Source: Candidatus Binatia bacterium
GTDB lineage: Bacteria; Desulfobacterota; Binatia; UBA9968; JAJDTQ01
Direction of reading: 5' to 3'
Length of the DNA: 64,000 nucleotides
Assembly (NCBI GenBank): GCA_963666515.2
Contig: OY762897.2
Location: 1,984,001-2,048,000, forward strand
The position numbers and the translations under genes were made by a program. A model generated the notes under the pieces. It was not told the origin of the DNA and made no database searches. It saw only the letters and a program-made list of their open reading frames with translations. Below are positions 57,756-64,000 of the stretch, piece after piece (position 1 is the first letter of the stretch; every line of letters begins with the position of its first letter).

Positions 57756-59057
57756 GTGCAAGACACCCGACCCCCGCGGGCCCCGGCCGCATCACCTTCC
57801 ACCGCTCCCTTCTTCTACGGCTGGATCATCCTGCTGGGAGGCTTCCTCATCCTGGTGGTGGACGGCGGCGTGCGCTTCTCCTTCGGCGTCCTGGTGAAGC
57901 CGCTGGCGGCCGAGTTCGGCTGGGACCGGGGCGCCATCACCTTCGCCTACACCCTGAACATGCTGGTGTTCGGCTTCGCGCAGATGATGGCAGGGCGCCT
58001 GCTGGACCGCTACGGGCCGCAGCGGCTCTTCTCGATCTCCGCGCTGGCGGCTTCCGCCGGCCTGTTCCTGACCTCCCGAACCAGCTCGATCCCGGAGCTT
58101 TACTTCTACTACGGCGTCGTCACCGCGATCGGGGTATCGGGCGTCACCATCGGCGTGGTCTCGTCCACCGTCTCCCGGTGGTTCAGGAGCCTGCGCGGTC
58201 TCATCGGCGGCATCGCGGTTTCCGGCACCGCCTTCGGGCACTTCGCGGTCATCCCGGCGCTGGCGTACTCGCTCGAACGCTTCGGCTGGCGCGGCTCCTG
58301 GGCGGGCCTGGGCGTCCTGGTCTCCGCGGTGGTGATCCCCATAGCGCTGGCGTTGATGAAGAAGGAACCCGCGGAGATGGGGCTGTCGCCCTACGAGATC
58401 GGCGGCAAGACCGCGCCGGCACGGCGAAGCTCCCCCGCCCCGGACTATTCGCCGAGGGAGGCCTTCCTCTCCCGGAGCTTCATCTTCGTCGCGGTCTCCT
58501 ATTGTCTCTGCGGCTTCCAGGACTTCTTCTTCGTCACCCAGTTCGTCCCGTTCGCCACCGATGCCGGTCTCACCAGCCAGCACGCCGCGAACATCCAGGG
58601 CCTGTCCGGACTGTTCGCCCTGGTGGGCGTTCTCGCCTTCCCGGCGCTGACGGAGAAAGCGGGCCACGGCCTTCCCCTGTCCTTCATGTTCGTCCTGCGC
58701 ATCGTCTGCTTCGGGTTGCTGGTGTTCTCGTCCGCGGAACCGGCCATCGTCACGGCGTGCCTGCTCATGGGGTTCACGCTGATGGCCACCGCGCCTCTGG
58801 CCGCGGCCATGGCCGGCGACTACTTCGGCGTCAGGAACATCGGCCTGATCACCGGCGCGATCCTGTGGGTACACCACACCGGCGGCGCGCTGGGCGCTCT
58901 CCTCGGAGGCGTGGTCCACGACGCCACGGGGTCCTATGCGGACATGTTCCTGGCCTGTCTCGTGATGGCGTTCATGGGCGCGGCGGCGTGCCTGGGAATC
59001 CGCCCGCCCGGAGGTCCGCTGGTGCCGCGACGCCGTCACAAAGGGTTCATCCCTTGA
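57756..59057 (+). CDS. MFS transporter
   Basis: FFYGW, GRLLDRYG, WF and FGWR motifs; about 12 TM segments. Confidence 0.88.
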   Translation: MQDTRPPRAPAASPSTAPFFYGWIILLGGFLILVVDGGVRFSFGVLVKPLAAEFGWDRGAITFAYTLNMLVFGFAQMMAGRLLDRYGPQRLFSISALAASAGLFLTSRTSSIPELYFYYGVVTAIGVSGVTIGVVSSTVSRWFRSLRGLIGGIAVSGTAFGHFAVIPALAYSLERFGWRGSWAGLGVLVSAVVIPIALALMKKEPAEMGLSPYEIGGKTAPARRSSPAPDYSPREAFLSRSFIFVAVSYCLCGFQDFFFVTQFVPFATDAGLTSQHAANIQGLSGLFALVGVLAFPALTEKAGHGLPLSFMFVLRIVCFGLLVFSSAEPAIVTACLLMGFTLMATAPLAAAMAGDYFGVRNIGLITGAILWVHHTGGALGALLGGVVHDATGSYADMFLACLVMAFMGAAACLGIRPPGGPLVPRRRHKGFIP

Positions 59058-59084
59058 GCAGACCGGGCATCGGTCTCCCCTTTC

Positions 59085-60110
59085 TCACTCATCCTCGACG
59101 GCCAACTCCTCCTGGTACTTTCGCCACCGGCCGCGGAACTGGTGATAGGTCAGCCCGAGCGCCTTTGCCGCCTGGCGCTGGTTGTACCTCGCGTCCGCAA
59201 GGCTCTCGCGGATCATTCGCACTTCCAGCTCTCTCACCGCCTCCTCGAGGGATCTGTCCGGCCCGCCGGGAGCACCGGCCGGGGATGACGGGGACGGGGC
59301 CGGCGCCTGAGCCTCGCCCCCGTCGCTCCCACTCGCACTGAAAGGCGGGACGAAAGGGTCGAAGACGAGATCGTCGACGGTGGACGTGTCGGATCGATAC
59401 ACCGCGCGCTCGATCACGTTCCTGAGCTCGCGGACGTTGCCCGGCCAAGCGTAGCTTTCCATCTGGGCCACCGCGCGGCGGCTGAACCGCGGGAGAGATT
59501 CCCAACCCAACTCGTGCGCCATGCGCGCGGCAAAGTGATCGGCCAGCAACAGGATGTCGTCACCGCGAGCCCGCAAGGGTGGAACGAAGAGGACGTCGAA
59601 CGACAGCCTGTCGAGCAGGTCGCGCTTGAAACGGCCCTGACCGGCCAGCGAGGGCAGGTCTGCATTGGTCGCCCCGATGATTCTCGTGTCCACTTGAACG
59701 GGTTGCGAAGATCCCACCCTTTCAAAACTGCCGTACTCCACCACCCGAAGGATCTTCTCCTGGACCTCCGTGGGGATTTGAGCGATTTCATCCAGGAAGA
59801 GTGTCCCGTCCGTTGCCGCCTCGAACCGTCCGGTGCGCCGTTGATGGGCGCCGGTGAAAGCGCCTTCCTCGTGGCCGAACAGTTCCGACTCCAGCAGAGT
59901 CGGCGCCAACGCGGCGCAGTTCAGGGCAACCAATGGCCCCTGCCAACGCGGTGACAGATAGTGGAGCTTGGCCGCGGCGAGTTCCTTGCCGGTGCCGCGT
60001 TCACCGATCAACAGGATCGGACGATCGACCTTGGCGGCGCGGGACAGCATTTCCTGGAATTCCAGGAAGGCGTTGGACTGTCCCAGCGGCTCCGTGTAGG
60101 ATTCAGGCAT
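59085..60110 (-). CDS. pspF: Sigma54 activator PspF
   Basis: GERGTGKE, GAFTGA, WPGNVREL and HTH LTYHQFRG; divergent from pspA. Confidence 0.95.
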   Translation of the reverse strand: MPESYTEPLGQSNAFLEFQEMLSRAAKVDRPILLIGERGTGKELAAAKLHYLSPRWQGPLVALNCAALAPTLLESELFGHEEGAFTGAHQRRTGRFEAATDGTLFLDEIAQIPTEVQEKILRVVEYGSFERVGSSQPVQVDTRIIGATNADLPSLAGQGRFKRDLLDRLSFDVLFVPPLRARGDDILLLADHFAARMAHELGWESLPRFSRRAVAQMESYAWPGNVRELRNVIERAVYRSDTSTVDDLVFDPFVPPFSASGSDGGEAQAPAPSPSSPAGAPGGPDRSLEEAVRELEVRMIRESLADARYNQRQAAKALGLTYHQFRGRWRKYQEELAVEDE

Positions 60111-60124
60111 GGAGTCTCCTGTAT

Positions 60125-60160
60125 TGGTGAAAAATACCATATAATTGTTATTTCCACCAA
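60125..60160. promoter_or_regulatory. Candidate PspF enhancer (imperfect inverted repeat)
   Basis: TTGGTGAAAAATA...TATTTCCACCAA, about 90-120 bp upstream of the -24 box. Confidence 0.5.
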
Positions 60161-60215
60161 TAATCAGTATTTACTACCACAGAAGAAAAGAGAGCCAGGG
60201 GCACAAACTCAACAA

Positions 60216-60228
60216 AAACAAGTACTTG
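60216..60228 (+). promoter_or_regulatory. IHF-like site
   Basis: AAACAAGTACTTG, one mismatch to WATCAANNNNTTR, between enhancer and promoter. Confidence 0.45.
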
Positions 60229-60244
60229 GAAACAACAGCAGCGG

Positions 60245-60261
60245 TTGGCACTCTTTGTGCT
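60245..60261 (+). promoter_or_regulatory. Sigma54 (-24/-12) promoter of pspA
   Basis: TTGGCACTCTTTGTGCT: GG-N10-GC. Confidence 0.85.
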
Positions 60262-60319
60262 TTCTCCAGTACACAGCGGCACGGACACGTTCTCCGCGAA
60301 TTCCGAGGGAGGAAGTCAA

Positions 60320-60988
60320 ATGGGAATCTTTACACGCTTGAGCGACATCATCAGCTCGAACATCAACTCGATGCTGGACAAGGCCGAGGATCCGGAAAAG
60401 CTCATCCGGCTGATGATACAGGAGATGGAAGATACGCTGGTCGAGATCAAGGTGGCTTGCGCCCAGGCGATGGCGGCGCGCAAGAAGGTCGAGCGCGAGC
60501 ACGATGAAGCGCGGCGGCGCCACGACCAGTGGGCGGACAAGGCCAGGCTCGCCGTGGACAAGGGACGCGAAGACCTGGCGCGCGAAGCGCTGGTGGAAAA
60601 GCGGCGCTATCGGGAGCGCTCGGAGACCCTGGACAGCGAGGCGGTCCAGTGCACCGCCATCATTGAACAATACCAGTCGGACATGGCCCAGTTGGAAGAC
60701 AAGCTGGCGAAAGCGAAGGAAACCCAGCGCATCCTGGTGCAGCGCCACATTCAGGCGCGCAAGCGGAAGCGCGCCCAGACCGGGATCCGCAAGATGGGCA
60801 GCGCGGACACGATGCTGCGTTTCGAGCAGTTCGAGAACCGTATCGAGCGGATGGAGGCCGAGGCCGACCTGGTCAACTTCGCGCGCAAGCCGGATCTCGA
60901 TGAAGAGTTCGCCCGCCTGGGACAGGACGACGAGATCGAAGCCGAACTGCGGGCGCTCAAGGATGCCGCTCGGCGGTCCGATGTCTGA
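60320..60988 (+). CDS. pspA: Phage shock protein A
   Basis: MGIFTRLSDIISSNINSMLDKAEDPEKLIRLMIQEMEDTLVE. Confidence 0.97.
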   Translation: MGIFTRLSDIISSNINSMLDKAEDPEKLIRLMIQEMEDTLVEIKVACAQAMAARKKVEREHDEARRRHDQWADKARLAVDKGREDLAREALVEKRRYRERSETLDSEAVQCTAIIEQYQSDMAQLEDKLAKAKETQRILVQRHIQARKRKRAQTGIRKMGSADTMLRFEQFENRIERMEAEADLVNFARKPDLDEEFARLGQDDEIEAELRALKDAARRSDV

Positions 60989-61033
60989 GACGCGGCAGCG
61001 GTGTGTGCGGCTGAAACGCATGAGTGAGCGGGG

Positions 61034-61267
61034 ATGGCACCGGAAAGCATCATGGGAATAGTGTTGGGCGTGCTCGGGATCCTCTTGATCCTGGGCGCGG
61101 CCTTGATCGTCATGGTGGTATGGGCGATCAAGTCGCTCCGCGGCAACGGAGCCGGCGGCGATGAGGCCCAATTGATGCAAGAGCTCTACCAGGGGCTGAG
61201 CCGGCTCGAAGACCGCGTGGAATCCCTGGAGACCATTCTACTCGACAGAAAGGACAGAAACCCATGA
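61034..61267 (+). CDS. pspB: Phage shock protein B-like
   Basis: One TM segment + RLEDRVESLETILLD. Confidence 0.85.
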   Translation: MAPESIMGIVLGVLGILLILGAALIVMVVWAIKSLRGNGAGGDEAQLMQELYQGLSRLEDRVESLETILLDRKDRNP

Positions 61268-61656
61268 TTCGAGGCTATTCGAGGACTGCCCGCATCTATC
61301 GCTCACGTCGCGGCGTCATCCTGGGCGTGTGCCGCGGTCTCGCGGAACATCTGGACGTGCGGGTGTTGTGGGTCCGCGTGATCGCCGTCGTCCTGTTGAT
61401 CAGCACCGGATTCTGGCCGGTTGCCGGTCTCTATCTGCTGGCCGCCCTGGTCCTGAAGCCGGAGCCCGTGCTGCCCTTGCAGACGGAAGGAGAACAGGAC
61501 TTCTACAACAGCTACGCGCACTCGCGCACCATTGCGCTGAATCGCCTGCGCCGCACCTTCGGTCAGCTCGACCGCCGCATACGCCGCATGGAGAACATGG
61601 TCACCGACCGCGAGTACGACTGGGAACGAAGGCTGCGGACCGGAGAAAGGGAGTAG
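61264..61656 (+). CDS. pspC: Phage shock protein C
   Basis: YRSRRGVILGVCRGLAEH and RIRRMENMVT. Confidence 0.92.
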   Translation: MIRGYSRTARIYRSRRGVILGVCRGLAEHLDVRVLWVRVIAVVLLISTGFWPVAGLYLLAALVLKPEPVLPLQTEGEQDFYNSYAHSRTIALNRLRRTFGQLDRRIRRMENMVTDREYDWERRLRTGERE

Positions 61657-61661
61657 TGGAC

Positions 61662-62348
61662 ATGATCGACGCATACTCGTGGCGCACCAGCAACGGGCGC
61701 AAGCTGCACATCGTGCTGGAGGAGCTGGATCTCGAATACCGCCTCCACCCCATCGACATTCGCAAGGGCGATCAATTCGAGCCGGAGTTCCTGAAGATCA
61801 GCCCCAACAACAAGATCCCGGCCATCGTCGACCAGGATGGCCCGGGCGGGAAGCCCTACCCGGTGTTCGAGTCGGGCGCCATCCTCATGTACCTGGCGGA
61901 GAAGACCGGCAAGCTCATGCCCCAGGAGGTGGAGCGCCGCTACGTGGTGATCCAGTGGCTCATGTTCCAGATGGGCGGCATCGGCCCCATGCTGGGACAG
62001 GCCAACCACTTCCGCGGCCAGGCGCCCGACAACGAGTACGGCGTGCGCCGCTACACCAACGAGGCCGGACGCCTCTACGGCGTCATGGACGGGCGATTGG
62101 CGGACCACGAGTACCTCGCCGGCGAATTCTCCATCGCCGACATCGCCTGCTATCCCTGGCTCCAGGGCCACGAGAAGCAGGGTCAGAACCTGGACGACTT
62201 CCCCCACGTCAAGCGCTGGTTCGAAGCCGTCACCGCCCGCCCCGGCGTCCAGCGCGGCCTCCAGGTCATGACCGACGTCCCAGTCACTCCCATGGATGAC
62301 AACGCGCGGGAGATCATGTACGGGGCGAGGCAGTACGAGAGGCGCTGA
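61662..62348 (+). CDS. GST-family disulfide oxidoreductase (YfcG-like)
   Basis: TSNGRK, SPNNKIPAIVD, FESGAI and WLMFQMGGIGPMLGQ. Confidence 0.92.
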   Translation: MIDAYSWRTSNGRKLHIVLEELDLEYRLHPIDIRKGDQFEPEFLKISPNNKIPAIVDQDGPGGKPYPVFESGAILMYLAEKTGKLMPQEVERRYVVIQWLMFQMGGIGPMLGQANHFRGQAPDNEYGVRRYTNEAGRLYGVMDGRLADHEYLAGEFSIADIACYPWLQGHEKQGQNLDDFPHVKRWFEAVTARPGVQRGLQVMTDVPVTPMDDNAREIMYGARQYERR

Positions 62349-62427
62349 CGGGTATCGTGGTGCCGGCGTTGGGATGTAGGGCCGAAACCAGTGCAGAGAC
62401 GATTTTCGTGATATAATCGACTGACCT

Positions 62428-63135
62428 ATGCAGATCCAATTGCGGAAAGCAGAAAGGCAGAACCTTTCCATAACCTTTGAGTTGTCCCCCTTCATCACGG
62501 CGTGGGACTCCGCGGAGACAACGTTCATGGCCGCAGTTGTCCGCGAACTCGGCGACCTGCTCTCAGTTCGCCCGCGCGACTTCCACTCCAACGATTCTGC
62601 AGAGCTTGGGGAGTCCCGGTGCACGTACCGGATATTCGGCGGAGCGAGCACCGTTGTCCTCAGCCCAGAGACTCTGCAATTGAACTTTGGCAGTTTGGCC
62701 GAGGCCGATTATCCTACGGTCTACGAAATCGTCCATCGATCCATAAACATTCTGTCACGTGACCTCGGCTGCTATGCAAAGGATCATGTAACCATCAACG
62801 CGAGCGAGCACGTCCCAGCGGTAAACCACGGGGCTGTGGACAGCTATCTGGCTCAATTCGCTTGGAAGGAGCCGGCCGACATAGCGGCAGCCGACATCGA
62901 GATAGAATATAGTCCGGGCGCAAAAATCACACTGTCAGATAGACTGGGACGCTGGTCTTTACATCGCACCGTCGAAAAGTCGGTATTTCTAACCAACGGT
63001 GTCTTCGTTACTACGATGATACTGCTCCGCTCGAATCAGTTGACCCCGATTGAGGACCAACGCCAATTGTGGGTCCGAATCGACAGCTTGGGGGATCAAG
63101 CCATGGGACTGACGTATCTCGGGGAGGATCCGTAA
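62428..63135 (+). CDS. Hypothetical protein (possibly TIGR04255-like fold)
   Basis: Lower-GC 235-aa ORF; TAATG overlap with next gene; family assignment tentative. Confidence 0.55.
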   Translation: MQIQLRKAERQNLSITFELSPFITAWDSAETTFMAAVVRELGDLLSVRPRDFHSNDSAELGESRCTYRIFGGASTVVLSPETLQLNFGSLAEADYPTVYEIVHRSINILSRDLGCYAKDHVTINASEHVPAVNHGAVDSYLAQFAWKEPADIAAADIEIEYSPGAKITLSDRLGRWSLHRTVEKSVFLTNGVFVTTMILLRSNQLTPIEDQRQLWVRIDSLGDQAMGLTYLGEDP

Positions 63136-63716
63136 TGGCACCACAGAATAGCAGCCTCGCGTACGATGTCTCTACGTTCGAAAGTGAGCGGGCAGAAAGA
63201 GAATACTCGAGCAGCAACCCAGGAATATCCCTACTAGGGATGCAGTCAGCGGCCTTACTCCATACTGCGTCACACCCCCCGCTTCGGTTGAGGTCTCATG
63301 CCCTGAACGGCAGGCCGGCCGATCCATGGCGACCGTTTCAGGAAACCGGGGGATTTGCAGAGCGTAGAGAGTGGTTCGACGCGGCTGTGGCTGAATTGAC
63401 CGATGTGGACAGAGAGGTAGCTGAAGAGGGACTGCCCGATATCTCTTCGGGCACAAAGGACCTCACCAGAAGAATCCTTGTCGCGTTGGCCCATCAGTCA
63501 ATCCCTCCAACTGTATATCCTACGGAAGACGGAGAAATTGCCCTGTACTTCAAGTCGCCGGTCGCGAAGTCATCAGTGTTGGTATTGGTGGGCAACGACG
63601 GACAAGGCGCCTGTTTCGCATACGTTAACGGGAAGAACCGTCGTGCTCGTTACGAGGATGCGTTGGACCTCCCCGAGTTCGCCAGGGAGCAGTTGCGGCA
63701 AATGGTAGGCGCTTGA
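63135..63716 (+). CDS. Hypothetical protein (candidate antitoxin)
   Basis: GGAGG RBS; low-complexity N-terminus; C-terminal PTVYPTEDGEIALYF domain. Confidence 0.55.
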   Translation: MAPQNSSLAYDVSTFESERAEREYSSSNPGISLLGMQSAALLHTASHPPLRLRSHALNGRPADPWRPFQETGGFAERREWFDAAVAELTDVDREVAEEGLPDISSGTKDLTRRILVALAHQSIPPTVYPTEDGEIALYFKSPVAKSSVLVLVGNDGQGACFAYVNGKNRRARYEDALDLPEFAREQLRQMVGA

Positions 63717-64000
63717 ACATACCGCTTCCCGACCTCCACGAGTCCGAAACGCTTGGACGGAGTGTCTTCTCCCGCGGACAAGCGAAGCGCGCTAGCAACG
63801 GCAAGGTCTTGCCTCACATTTTTCTCGAGAGCTTCGAAGCCGACTCGGTCTCAGTCGATCGGATAGATCACGCCCAACCGGCCGTCATGGCAGCAATTTC
63901 GGAGAAAATCGGACAAAATAGAAGGCCACCCAAGGACTTTTATGGTTGGGCAACCATCGAGGCAAGAGACGCAGCCGCCAACGGACGATCAGTGCAGGCT
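63713..64000 (+). CDS. Partial hypothetical protein with ART-like R...S motif (3'-truncated by window)
   Basis: TTG start overlapping the previous TGA; open to window end: ESETLGRSVFS...IFLE...SVSVDR...FYGWA; absent from the ORF track. Confidence 0.6.
   Translation, partial: MNIPLPDLHESETLGRSVFSRGQAKRASNGKVLPHIFLESFEADSVSVDRIDHAQPAVMAAISEKIGQNRRPPKDFYGWATIEARDAAANGRSVQA

Overview
High-GC bacterial chromosomal window. The gene content (TctABC, NMT1/SsuA-like binding protein, CoxLMS-type hydroxylase, NHL protein, Rpn, pspFABC) resembles Deltaproteobacteria/Binatia-like genomes; this placement is inference only. The backbone carries a tRNA-Sec gene (970-1064, missed by the ORF track), ssb, mazG, queG, apaH, tag, alkA, macAB, manC, pspFABC and many catabolic and transport genes. 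Several visibly lower-GC or accessory islets interrupt it. (1) 3238-8712: a tandemly duplicated, translationally coupled two-gene cassette. Gene A is a helical lipoprotein; gene B is a membrane/glycine-zipper protein. One B copy has a signal peptide and an internal PD-(D/E)xK nuclease-like domain, and the other has lost both. This is the best candidate for an undescribed system. It is followed by an Rpn nuclease with an internal RBS and ATG for a small C-terminal product. (2) An ABC-type ATPase + DUF4276/TOPRIM pair. (3) A scrambled hicA/hicB/aspartic-protease locus. (4) An NgoMIV-like endonuclease with an internal deletion beside an intact SPPY amino-methyltransferase. (5) A GT2-GtrA + PIG-B-like + PIG-V-like + ManC cluster resembling the mannosylation steps of eukaryotic GPI-anchor synthesis. 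(6) A coupled three-gene module at the right edge ending in a probable ADP-ribosyltransferase-fold protein. GTAG- and CGTC-tagged palindromic repeats lie in intergenic spacers. All family calls come from motifs read by eye; no searches were run.
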